A DNA stretch of 64,000 nt from an uncultured Candidatus Saccharibacteria bacterium (GTDB lineage: Bacteria > Patescibacteriota > Saccharimonadia > Saccharimonadales > CAZDQS01): positions 14,888 through 78,887 of the forward strand of contig CAZDQS010000004.1 of the NCBI GenBank assembly GCA_964507855.1, written 5' to 3'. The translations under genes were made by a program, and so were the position numbers. Every line of letters begins with the position of its first letter. Positions within the stretch are counted from its first letter, which is position 1. The notes below the pieces were generated by a model, which had not been told where the DNA came from, made no database searches, and worked only from the letters and a program-made list of their open reading frames with translations. Below are positions 35,764 through 44,780 of the stretch, piece after piece.

Positions 35764-36971
35764 TTCCCTGCTTCCCTACCCCTGGCGACCTCGACAAGCA
35801 AGGTGGCGAGACGAGCTGTAGCGTCTGGCACTGTGAGCACTCTGAGCTTTTGCCCCAGAGCCTGTCGAGCTGCGGTATCCTGTAGAAGATTGCGGATGGC
35901 ACGGTCGAGCGCCTCTCCACCCTGCCGAAATGTTGCTTCATCAACCATAACCACCGCTCCTTGGGCCGCCCAGCCTTCAGCATTCTTTGTCTGATGACCA
36001 CCCGTTAGTTGCGGGTTCGGCACGACGATACAAGCTTTGCCCTGTACGCCAAACTCAGCGATGGTATTAGCACCAGCACGCGTGACAATAACGTCCGCCG
36101 CCCCACTGTAACGATACATCCCCTGGACAAAGTCCAGCACTTGCAAGCGTTCATGCGCGTAATCACCATACGTGCCTTCGTTGCCTTTGCCGACTTGGTG
36201 AATGATGTGTAGATCTGAAAATTCACTAAGCAGCGCCGGTACAATCCCACGCATGGCTTCATTGAGCCGGCGCGCACCGAGACTACCACCAGTCACAAAC
36301 AACAACCTTGCCTCGTCGGGCAGTCCTAGCTCTTGCTTGAACTTGTCTTGGTTTTCCTGTGTTACTGGCTGGTATTCACGAGCGACCAGCACCCCAACAT
36401 ACTTCGTTTTATCAGGCGGATATGCGTAGAGTTCTGCTGGCATGCCCGTCGCATGATAGGCGGCCCACTTGCTTACGAGGCGGTTGGCCAGGCCGGGCAA
36501 CACATCCGAGTCGTGCGTCACAAAAGGCCGCCCTTTAAGCGCCGCCGCCAAGCCTACCGGAACTCCCACGAACCCGCCTTTGAGCAGAATGACATCGGGC
36601 TGAATGTGCTTGAGCAGACGCAAACTCTGCAAAAATCCGAGAGCAATAAACACCACATCCCGAATATTCTGGAAATTTGTCTTAACGTCCAGGAGCCGTT
36701 TCAGCCAGGATTCACCGTGGTAGCGGCGGAACTTGCCGGCGAAAATCGTATATTTTTTATCAAAAACTTGCTCGTCCTCAATCATATGGGCAAATTTGCC
36801 GCGACGCTCACCGATGTAAACGATTTCGCACTGCGGATAACGCGCCTTTAATTCTCGCGCAACCACAATCAATGGCGTAATATGGCCACCTGTTCCGCCA
36901 CCAGTCAAAACAACAGTAAAACGACTATCATCGCCGGGAGGCGCGTCTGATTGAGTAGGCTGATCCTGCAT
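35760..36971 (-). CDS. murG: undecaprenyldiphospho-muramoylpentapeptide beta-N-acetylglucosaminyltransferase
   Basis: LTGGGTGGHITP glycine-rich loop, GGSLGA and TRAGANTIAE motifs. Confidence 0.93.
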   Translation of the reverse strand: MQDQPTQSDAPPGDDSRFTVVLTGGGTGGHITPLIVVARELKARYPQCEIVYIGERRGKFAHMIEDEQVFDKKYTIFAGKFRRYHGESWLKRLLDVKTNFQNIRDVVFIALGFLQSLRLLKHIQPDVILLKGGFVGVPVGLAAALKGRPFVTHDSDVLPGLANRLVSKWAAYHATGMPAELYAYPPDKTKYVGVLVAREYQPVTQENQDKFKQELGLPDEARLLFVTGGSLGARRLNEAMRGIVPALLSEFSDLHIIHQVGKGNEGTYGDYAHERLQVLDFVQGMYRYSGAADVIVTRAGANTIAEFGVQGKACIVVPNPQLTGGHQTKNAEGWAAQGAVVMVDEATFRQGGEALDRAIRNLLQDTAARQALGQKLRVLTVPDATARLATLLVEVARGREAGK

Positions 36972-38160
36972 ACGAAGTAATTCTCGTTTGTGTTAGTGGT
37001 TCGCTTGCGCTATACGTAGTATACCGTGAAATTTGGAATACAAGACCGACTGCCCCTGTCACAAACAGCACGCTCGTACCGCCATAGCTAATAAACGGCA
37101 ACGTAATGCCTTTCAGCGGCAACAGCCCCAGCATTGCACCAATATTAATAATTGCCTGCGTGCTCAGCCAGGCCAAGATACCGACCACCACCAGCCGGCT
37201 GAAGTTATCCGGCGCCCGCTCGGCAATTGCCTTCATCCTGCTGAAAAACATTGCGAATATACCGAGTAGGACCGACACGCCGAAAAAGCCGAATTTTTCG
37301 GCGAAGATTGCAAATATCGAGTCGTTTGCAGCCTCTGGCAAGTAGCCATATGCCTGCACGCTTCGCGCAAGACCAAGCCCAAACACCCCGCCGGAGCCGA
37401 CCGCAATCAGGGCTTGGCATGCCTGGTAGCCCTCATTCTGACAATCACTCGTTGGGTTCAAAAAGGTCGATAAACGGTCCCGCCGGTAGCCTACGGACGC
37501 CACGGCCAACACCAGCCCGATGACAATTATCCCGCCAAACATCGCGATACGCTTCAGCGGCAGACCGGCCACAAACGACATGATGCCAATCATCGCCACC
37601 ATAACGCCAGTCGATCCCAAATCGCTCTGGATACCGGCCACCACGACGCCAATGATGCCTGTCGCAATAAGAATTGGCCGTAGGGTTAATTTCTCATTGC
37701 CTAGACTGCCGCGCGCCATAGCATCCGCCAGGAAGCCAGCCAGCCAGATAAGAAGTGCGAACTTAATCAGCTCCACCGCCTGGAATGACAGCCCGCCGAC
37801 TTGTATCCACCGCTTAGCGCCATACACTTCCTCGCCAAACAACAACACACCCAAGGCCGCCAAGCCTGCGGCAATAATCAGCGGCTTCTGTACCCGCCGC
37901 CAGAACGTCAACGGTATGTTCGCCATAGCCACAAACGCCGCAACGCCAAGACCAATCGCAATCAGCTGCTTTGTGACGTAGTAGTTCTCCCCTACCCCCT
38001 TCTGGGCAGCCAGGCCGGGACTAATCGCATAAATAACTATCAGCCCAACAGTAAGGAGTATCGCGCTTACAATAACCAGCCAATAATCGGGCCGATGTCG
38101 TCGCTGGCCTGTCTGGCCATGCATACTTGCTCGCCGCGTACCACCATAGCGTCGGTCCAT
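36928..38160 (-). CDS. ftsW: SEDS family peptidoglycan polymerase FtsW
   Basis: About 10 TM helices, GLLPLKGITLPFISYGGTS signature; dcw context. Confidence 0.9.
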   Translation of the reverse strand: MDRRYGGTRRASMHGQTGQRRHRPDYWLVIVSAILLTVGLIVIYAISPGLAAQKGVGENYYVTKQLIAIGLGVAAFVAMANIPLTFWRRVQKPLIIAAGLAALGVLLFGEEVYGAKRWIQVGGLSFQAVELIKFALLIWLAGFLADAMARGSLGNEKLTLRPILIATGIIGVVVAGIQSDLGSTGVMVAMIGIMSFVAGLPLKRIAMFGGIIVIGLVLAVASVGYRRDRLSTFLNPTSDCQNEGYQACQALIAVGSGGVFGLGLARSVQAYGYLPEAANDSIFAIFAEKFGFFGVSVLLGIFAMFFSRMKAIAERAPDNFSRLVVVGILAWLSTQAIINIGAMLGLLPLKGITLPFISYGGTSVLFVTGAVGLVFQISRYTTYSASEPLTQTRITSYAGSAYSIRRASRR

Positions 38161-39201
38161 CTAGAGCCACCTTAGAAGATACAGAATCAGCCCCAGCACG
38201 CCGAACACCTGGCCCATAACCCAGAACCGCATCGTTATCTTGGTCTCGGGCCAGCCAAGCGCCTCGAAATGATGATGGATAGGCGATGAGAGAAAGATTT
38301 TCTTGCCGTTACGGAGCTTGCGTGAGAGGCGGTTAATAATAACCGAGCCGGTTTCGGCTACGTACACGGCACCGATGACCGGCAATACGAATATCGTTCC
38401 AGTCTGAAGCGCAATAATACCGAGTGCCGTACCAAGCGCAAACGAACCCACGTCACCCATGAAGAACCGAGCCGGATAAATGTTAAACCACGTGTAGCTG
38501 AGCAGCGCTCCGACCACCGTCAAACAAAAGCCCGCCAGCGCGTACTGGCCTTGGATAGCACAGATAACTGAATAAGCTGCAAATGACGATACGAGCAGAC
38601 CGCCCGCCAATCCATCTAGGCCGTCGGTAATATTGACGGCATTTGCCGTTGCCACGACGACAAACCAAAAGATAAAAATGATAAGGAACCCAACCTGCAG
38701 TTCGCCCACTCCGGGCACATGGATGCTTGAGACATCCAGGCGATCGAAGAACCACCAGCCACCAGCTAGTGCCACCAAGCTGTGAAGCGCGAACTTAATC
38801 TTGGCGCGCATGCCAGCGATACCACCCTTGCCGCCGCGGATATTAATCCAGTCATCAACCAGACCAATAACGCCCGAACCAACCATACCGGCCAGCGGCA
38901 GCCACGTCTGCCCACGTTCGAGGTTAAAGAACAGTGTTACGAGTGCCGTCGAAACAACGAATATGATACCTGCCATGGTCGGGATGTTGCGCTTGTGCTT
39001 CTCGGCATGCAGCTTCTTGTACACGGTCGCCTTGCCACCAGCCCAGGCATCTGCGCGCTGCTGCTTCCACCACTTGCCCCGGTAGGCCAGGGTCGTATAG
39101 ATGGGTGTAATCAGCATACTGAGCGCGAAACTCACGAACGCCAGCAAAAATACTCGTATGATGGTCCCGGTCTGAACTGCAATGGTTATTGTTTCTGTCA
39201 T
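38161..39201 (-). CDS. mraY: phospho-N-acetylmuramoyl-pentapeptide transferase
   Basis: NAVNITDGLDGLA, MGDVGS, HHHFE motifs. Confidence 0.95.
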   Translation of the reverse strand: MTETITIAVQTGTIIRVFLLAFVSFALSMLITPIYTTLAYRGKWWKQQRADAWAGGKATVYKKLHAEKHKRNIPTMAGIIFVVSTALVTLFFNLERGQTWLPLAGMVGSGVIGLVDDWINIRGGKGGIAGMRAKIKFALHSLVALAGGWWFFDRLDVSSIHVPGVGELQVGFLIIFIFWFVVVATANAVNITDGLDGLAGGLLVSSFAAYSVICAIQGQYALAGFCLTVVGALLSYTWFNIYPARFFMGDVGSFALGTALGIIALQTGTIFVLPVIGAVYVAETGSVIINRLSRKLRNGKKIFLSSPIHHHFEALGWPETKITMRFWVMGQVFGVLGLILYLLRWL

Positions 39202-39222
39202 AGTACGTTGCTCCTCATTATA

Positions 39223-40998
39223 CTACTGGCGCTTCGGTGTGACCCCGAAATTATCAATTAACGTTTTTGCTATGGTGCCGAACAGCGGTGCAGCTGCCTG
39301 CGAACCGGCATAACCGCCTAGTTTCGGCTCGTTTACCTGGACAACAATCACATACTCTGGTGTATCGCCACCAACAAACCCGATAAATGTACCATTAAAT
39401 CTATCCTCATAATACCCTCCCTCGGGCCTGGCTATCTCAGCCGTACCCGTCTTGCCGCCGATACTAAACTCTGGCCCTGGCATCGGAATCGAGTAAATGG
39501 CGTGGTTTTGCTGCACGACATATTCCATCAGCTCCGTAACCGCGCGCCCTGTTTCAGGCTTCACCACGTCTTTCCGGATAACGGCAGGCTCCCTATTCTC
39601 TTCTCCGAGACGAGAAATCAAGTGCGGCTGGTAGTACGTGCCGCCATTCAGCACGCTCGACATAGCCGCCGCCATCTGGAGTGTCGTTGCCGTCATACCT
39701 TGCCCAAACGCGGTGTTTGCGTAACGGATATTAAGCCCGAAGCCTTCATGCGGGTCAGGCACCATACCAGGCGCCTCATACCCCTGCTCGATACCGACAG
39801 GTTTACCAAACCGAAAGCGCTCCGCCATGTAGTCGTGCCAAATTGTACGGGCCTTTTCATTGACTTCGCCGCCACCCATTTGCATCAAAAGCCATGTCGC
39901 GCCTGTGTTCAGTGACAATTGCAAAATGTCAGCGACACTTCTTGTACCGGCACCGCTGCTTTCCTCGATGTTCTTCACAGTACTGTTATCAATCTCGTAC
40001 TGGCCTGGGTCCGCATACGTTGTGTTCTTGCCGACTGCGCCGACATCTATCGCCGCGGCGACTGTGAGCGGTTTCATAATCGAGCCTACTTCAAAAGGCG
40101 CACTCACCGTCGGATTCTGGAACACTTCAATATCCTCTTGTGCGACCTTAAAGAACTCTGCCGGATTATACGTAGGATAGTTCGCCATTGCCTTAACAGC
40201 CCCGCTATTCACATCCAAGACAAGCGCGCTGCCAGAATCCGACTTAGCCCGCTCCAGGCCTGCTTTCAGCAAATCCTCGACCTGCCGTTGCAACGAAATA
40301 TCTATGGTCAGCACCGCCCGCTTGCCGGGCTCCGGCTCCTCTACGATGTTGTCTTTGTTGGCCGCCAGGGGCACGCCGCTGGCGTCGGTGATAGCCTTGA
40401 GCTGGCCAGGTTTGCCAGTCAGCTCTTCGTTGAGGTACTGTTCAACACCATACGTGCCCTTCCCCTCGTCATTTACAAAACCAAGCAGTTGTGCGGCTAA
40501 CGTCCCTTGCGGATAGGTCCGGATGGATTCCTCCCGCGTTCCAACACCCTTGATACCGAGTTCACGGATGGCCTTCTGCTGGTCCTCGGTTAGTTTTTTG
40601 GCCAATATTGCGTAGCGCCCTTCCCCGCGCATCTGATCCTCGTATTTGGCCGCGTCACCGCCGGTTATCGCAGCTAATTCTTTCGCGGCTTTGGTTGCGT
40701 CTTCAACATAGCGCGGATCATTTGTATACAGCGGATCGGCATACAGCGTATAGCGCTTCTCGTTGAGCACAATCGGAACGATATTCTCACCGTCATGCGC
40801 CTCAATAACACCGCGCTCCGCTTCTATTTCATACTGTTTGAGCTGGCTGCTGCTTGCTGCCTTGGCATAAAAATCATGTCGAATTACCTGGAGATAAAAT
40901 GCCCTGACAGCAAACACGCTCAAAACAGCTAAAAGCACCCCGTACCACACACGGATACGAAGGAGCGGGTTGCTATGCGAAGCAGGTTCTGGAAACAT
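39223..40998 (-). CDS. ftsI: class B penicillin-binding protein (FtsI-type transpeptidase)
   Basis: SIMK (SxxK), SLN (SxN) and KTGTA motifs; N-terminal TM anchor; dcw context. Confidence 0.9.
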   Translation of the reverse strand: MFPEPASHSNPLLRIRVWYGVLLAVLSVFAVRAFYLQVIRHDFYAKAASSSQLKQYEIEAERGVIEAHDGENIVPIVLNEKRYTLYADPLYTNDPRYVEDATKAAKELAAITGGDAAKYEDQMRGEGRYAILAKKLTEDQQKAIRELGIKGVGTREESIRTYPQGTLAAQLLGFVNDEGKGTYGVEQYLNEELTGKPGQLKAITDASGVPLAANKDNIVEEPEPGKRAVLTIDISLQRQVEDLLKAGLERAKSDSGSALVLDVNSGAVKAMANYPTYNPAEFFKVAQEDIEVFQNPTVSAPFEVGSIMKPLTVAAAIDVGAVGKNTTYADPGQYEIDNSTVKNIEESSGAGTRSVADILQLSLNTGATWLLMQMGGGEVNEKARTIWHDYMAERFRFGKPVGIEQGYEAPGMVPDPHEGFGLNIRYANTAFGQGMTATTLQMAAAMSSVLNGGTYYQPHLISRLGEENREPAVIRKDVVKPETGRAVTELMEYVVQQNHAIYSIPMPGPEFSIGGKTGTAEIARPEGGYYEDRFNGTFIGFVGGDTPEYVIVVQVNEPKLGGYAGSQAAAPLFGTIAKTLIDNFGVTPKRQ

Positions 40999-41077
40999 AA
41001 GCCGTTACACTATACCATTCTTAGCGAAAATCTGAGGTAATATGCGTGAGTTCAGAGGAAGCTCTGCCATCTGTCGA

Positions 41078-41425
41078 TCAGTTCTGTACTGTGCCGCTTG
41101 GTGCGACGGACACAAGGTTCTTGGCGGCCTCGCTCTCCTTAACCCTATCCAGCGCCTGCAAGCGCGCCGCGGTCACTTCCAATTCATCATGCTCTTCTTT
41201 GAGCGTCGCTTGCTGGTTCTGCAGCTCGCTGATGCGGTAACCATACGCATTGGTCTTCGTCACTTGCGTGAGATACAAAAGACCAAGCAGACATGCCAAA
41301 ATAATAAGGAGTACCGTGTTGCTGATAGGGCCAAGTGTCCGTTCGTGCGTCCGGAAGCTTGTCGTGTTCTGGTTACGCGCTGCGTAGCGCTGGCGGTTCA
41401 ATGCCATTGAACTAGAGTATGTCAT
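41078..41425 (-). CDS. FtsL/septum-formation-initiator-like small bitopic protein
   Basis: TM (ISNTVLLIILACLLGLLYL) followed by a coiled coil (ELQNQQATLKEEHDELE); lies between rsmH and ftsI. Start set at MTYSS because the longer ORF merely translates a CAAAAA repeat. Confidence 0.6.
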   Translation of the reverse strand: MTYSSSMALNRQRYAARNQNTTSFRTHERTLGPISNTVLLIILACLLGLLYLTQVTKTNAYGYRISELQNQQATLKEEHDELEVTAARLQALDRVKESEAAKNLVSVAPSGTVQN

Positions 41426-41745
41426 AGATGCCTTTTGTTTTTGTTTTTGTTTTGGTCCAGTGGTGAGCTTTTGATGGCTCACCACTGGGCTGGTCGCATA
41501 CTACAGTACTTTTACTCGTACCTTGTATGCCCGGGAGCTGCTTTTTACCTGGATAGGCATGGAGCTCTCCTTTGTTTTTTAGTTCTTAGCAATGCAGCTG
41601 GATGCGATACAAGGAAGAAGCGAAGCCCGCACCGAGCTGTACATGAGGTACAGCGAGGGAGGACTAGAGCTTCTGACGCAGTAGCGCGCCAGCAGTCCTG
41701 GCAAGCTTTCGGGCTTTGCCCGAAAATTGACAGGACGGTGCATTG

Positions 41746-42648
41746 TTAAGGTTTTTGTTTTGCTGCGGCCCGAAGCTTAGCGCTCCGTGCTCGCGGATTA
41801 AAAACTATTTCCTTACTATCGCCGCTGACAGGACTCTTAGTGAGTATCCGAAGCTCGGCATCATAGCGGTCCCCGCCGTGCTCGGCAAAGAACTGTTTGA
41901 CAATACGATCTTCCAAGCTATGGAAGCTGATTATTGCCAACCTGCCCCCTGGCGCAAGCAATTCAAGCCACAGTGGCAATGCCTGCTCCAACTGGCCCAG
42001 CTCGTCGTTGACGGCAATCCGAAGCGCCTGGAAGACACGGGTCGCTGGATGAATCTTGTGCTTCCCTGTCCTTGGCGGCCGGACGGCTGCAGCGATAATA
42101 TGCGCAAGTTCCGTGGTCGTAGATATTGGTCGGTGCTCAATAATTGCAGCGGCAATACGTTTCGCGTGAGGATCTTCGCCGTAGCGGCGGAATATGTCCA
42201 CCAGTTCGGCTTCACCATACGTGTTGACGATGTGCTCGGCAGTCAATTGCTGCCGGTTATCCATCCGCATATCGAGCGGCCCTTCCTGGGAAAAGGAAAA
42301 ACCACGGTCTGCATTGTCAAGGTGCGGTGACGACACGCCCAAATCGGCCAGGATAAGATCGAAGCGGTTCCCTTCTCCGACAAGTTGCTTGGCAGCATCC
42401 AGATAATGCATATGCACTATCCGCACGCCAGTGCCCGCGAACTTATCGGCCAACACTTTGACCGCTTGCTCGTCCCGATCAACCAGGACAGCGCCTTCGC
42501 TGTTTTTTGTACGCGCCAACACTTCAGAAGCGTGCCCACCGTAACCGGCCGTCGCATCGAGGTACGTTTCACCTCTTTGCGGGTCCAGGTACTGTAACAC
42601 TTCTTCTAGTAGTACCGGCACATGATATGGTTGTGACTGGTTTACCAT
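41746..42648 (-). CDS. rsmH: 16S rRNA (cytosine1402-N4)-methyltransferase
   Basis: HVPVLLEEV, DATAGYGGHA, DLGVSSPHLD, SFHSLEDRIVK motifs. Confidence 0.93.
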   Translation of the reverse strand: MVNQSQPYHVPVLLEEVLQYLDPQRGETYLDATAGYGGHASEVLARTKNSEGAVLVDRDEQAVKVLADKFAGTGVRIVHMHYLDAAKQLVGEGNRFDLILADLGVSSPHLDNADRGFSFSQEGPLDMRMDNRQQLTAEHIVNTYGEAELVDIFRRYGEDPHAKRIAAAIIEHRPISTTTELAHIIAAAVRPPRTGKHKIHPATRVFQALRIAVNDELGQLEQALPLWLELLAPGGRLAIISFHSLEDRIVKQFFAEHGGDRYDAELRILTKSPVSGDSKEIVFNPRARSAKLRAAAKQKP

Positions 42649-43168
42649 CCTACTAAGGATAGCAAACCCTTTCTTTTTGTTTTGGTGAATCTTGCTTTTT
42701 GTTTTTGTTTTTGTTTTGGCAAGGTCACCTAACCAGCAGTCAACTTTTTGTTTTTTGGAATGTTTTTGTTTTTGTTTATATCCGGTGAGGCGCCGGATAT
42801 GGATATCCTAGGGGCGAATGGTGAAGATCTTACGAGAGGCTTAATGATAAGCCTAATCTTCGCCGGCCCGCAGGATAAAAGTTTGAGAGACTTTGTGTGA
42901 GGTGGAGTTTTGGGAGGTGTTTTGTAGTGGAAGGTACAAAGGTGTTTTTATGTGGTGACTTCGATCCACATGTTGACTGCCGATTAGCTAACCTCGCATG
43001 GCTTACGAGACACCCATTCTGGGTTTCTCGTCGCGCCGGGCAGTCGACTGAATCGTCTGCTCGGGCTGCTCTTCCCGGCCTGTGGACGGGGAAAGCTTCA
43101 CCCGTTCCGGGCACAAATCGTGCCTTGTGGTGCTAATCGGTTTTGCTTGATTGTTAAAGAACTGCCCG

Positions 43169-43531
43169 TTATGCCAGTTCGGCTGCCATAATACGCCAGT
43201 ACTTGCCGGCACGAACTGCCACGATATCGCGGTCAATGCCAGCATGGTCCAGCAGATGCTGTTCCAGCGTAATGCGGCCCTGCTTCTGGTCTAACTCACT
43301 GTCACACTTCCCCATGCGGAACTGAACGTTGAGGTCGGCCACGCGCTCGTCTAGGATACTTCCCTTCAGCTGCGGCTCTACCTCGCCATCCCAAATATCT
43401 TTCGGGTACATGTGCAGGTAGTTTTGGAAGCCTCGAGTAATCACGACACCTGATGCAAACTCAGCGCGAAGCTCGGCCGGTATGGTTAACCGCCGCTTGT
43501 CGTCAAGCTTGCGTTCGAAGTAATCGGTCAC
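43169..43531 (-). CDS. mraZ: transcriptional regulator MraZ
   Basis: Two SpoVT/AbrB-like repeats with LDDKRRLTIPAELR and LDQKQGRITL; GTG start; first gene of the dcw cluster. Confidence 0.85.
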   Translation of the reverse strand: MTDYFERKLDDKRRLTIPAELRAEFASGVVITRGFQNYLHMYPKDIWDGEVEPQLKGSILDERVADLNVQFRMGKCDSELDQKQGRITLEQHLLDHAGIDRDIVAVRAGKYWRIMAAELA

Positions 43532-43611
43532 CCTGGCTCCAGTTTTGTTAATTTTGTAGTGGTGTTTTTGTTTTGCGGCTAACCTTTGAAGCTGGTCTAC
43601 TTCTTTTAGGG

Positions 43612-43660
43612 TTACCCACGATTACCCACTGACATGAGTTTACTACCCACCCTTACCCAC
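43612..43660 (-). promoter_or_regulatory. MraZ operator-like array overlapping a promoter candidate
   Basis: On the mraZ sense strand there are four GTGGGTA(A/G) boxes arranged as two pairs with 10-bp spacing (43612, 43622, 43643, 43653). TTGCAA...TAAACT overlaps them. Confidence 0.6.
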
Positions 43661-43718
43661 TTGCAAGCCTTTTATGCTGTTTTATTCACTTTCTTTCACC
43701 ACTTATCCACAATCTGGC

Positions 43719-43753
43719 CGAAATAAAAAACCCACCACAACATGTGGTGGGTT
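43719..43753 (-). terminator. Rho-independent terminator after the LysM gene
   Basis: Minus strand: AACCCACCAC-ATGTT-GTGGTGGGTT followed by TTTTTTATTT. Confidence 0.7.
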
Positions 43754-43777
43754 AGCTGTGGAAGACCACACTAGATA

Positions 43778-44161
43778 CTATTCACCGTCCGGCCCGCGAA
43801 CAACGAGACGATCACCCGGCTGCAGGCCATCCTGTGCATCCGGCTGTGCTTGCAGAGTATCAACAACAGCACGGATATCCTCACCCTGAAGCTTGGTGTC
43901 ATTTGCAATCCCCCAAAGGGTATCGCCATGCTGAACCACATGCACGCGGGTTCCTGGATCTCCCTCTTCTAACACCGGAGGCCGCTGACCCCAAATTCGT
44001 TCAAGGCCATCACCGACGGCTTCTATGGCTCTTGGCACTGCTACTGCCGCACCGGCAACGGCTGCGCCAGCAAGCATAACAGCTCCAATCCGCCGCGCTA
44101 AGTATTTTGGCCGAGGAGTTGGAAGTGTATTTCTGTTTTCTATTGAGCTTATTGCTGTCAT
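43778..44161 (-). CDS. LysM peptidoglycan-binding domain protein, membrane anchored
   Basis: TM (IGAVMLAGAAVAGAAVAV) and LysM motif VHVVQHGDTLWGIAN...LQPGDRLVV. Confidence 0.75.
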   Translation of the reverse strand: MTAISSIENRNTLPTPRPKYLARRIGAVMLAGAAVAGAAVAVPRAIEAVGDGLERIWGQRPPVLEEGDPGTRVHVVQHGDTLWGIANDTKLQGEDIRAVVDTLQAQPDAQDGLQPGDRLVVRGPDGE

Positions 44162-44225
44162 AGTATTTTTAATTATATCAAATAGTTACATTTTTGTCAA
44201 TGTTATATCTTAAGCTACCCTGTTT

Positions 44226-44744
44226 TCATCTGGCTTGGCTAAGGGCTGTCATGAGGCTCTCACACTCCGTAGGCTCAAGTTGATACGTATACCCCCCGTC
44301 TTGCAATTGCCTGATCATCTCATATTGCTCAGCCTGCAACTTCCCTTCTCTTTCCGCCACGGCAAACAGCACTTCATTGCTTAAGAGAACTGGCGGCATT
44401 TCAGTGGAGGCATACACATAGAAAGCGTTTGATAAAGGTATGTGCAGCCCGTCCATGATATCCGCCTGCGACTCTGGCACATACGGCGAGTTGTCCCTAT
44501 AGAGCTCAGTGAGCAGGCGAATAAACGGCGACCCCTCCACGGGTGGATCGATCGCCGAAAACGCTACTTCATCACTGCCCGCGATTGAACAGGCATAGCG
44601 CCGACGCCGCTCCATATCAATAGAAGCTCGAGGGTCATTGATGCCATCCGCCTCCCTGAGTCCTGGGATCATATTATCGAGCAGCCTGTAGAGACGTTGG
44701 CCAGCAGGCCATCGGCCCTCCATTCCATCCGGGATGTTGTCCAT
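44226..44744 (-). CDS. hypothetical protein (172 aa)
   Basis: ORF only. Confidence 0.5.
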   Translation of the reverse strand: MDNIPDGMEGRWPAGQRLYRLLDNMIPGLREADGINDPRASIDMERRRRYACSIAGSDEVAFSAIDPPVEGSPFIRLLTELYRDNSPYVPESQADIMDGLHIPLSNAFYVYASTEMPPVLLSNEVLFAVAEREGKLQAEQYEMIRQLQDGGYTYQLEPTECESLMTALSQAR

Positions 44745-44780
44745 ACCGGTATTAAATACTTTAGCAGCTAAAGCGTCAAA

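Noticed and set aside
42830-43114. A 94-aa ORF in the mraZ-rsmH spacer
   Set aside because: Arg/Ser/Pro-rich low-complexity translation, no SD and no family resemblance. The region is treated as non-coding.
43703-43711. A perfect DnaA box, TTATCCACA, near several TTACCCAC repeats, suggesting oriC
   Set aside because: There is only one consensus box, no AT-rich unwinding element and no dnaA/dnaN context. The TTACCCAC repeats are 10-bp phased GTGGG boxes upstream of mraZ and are better explained as an MraZ operator.
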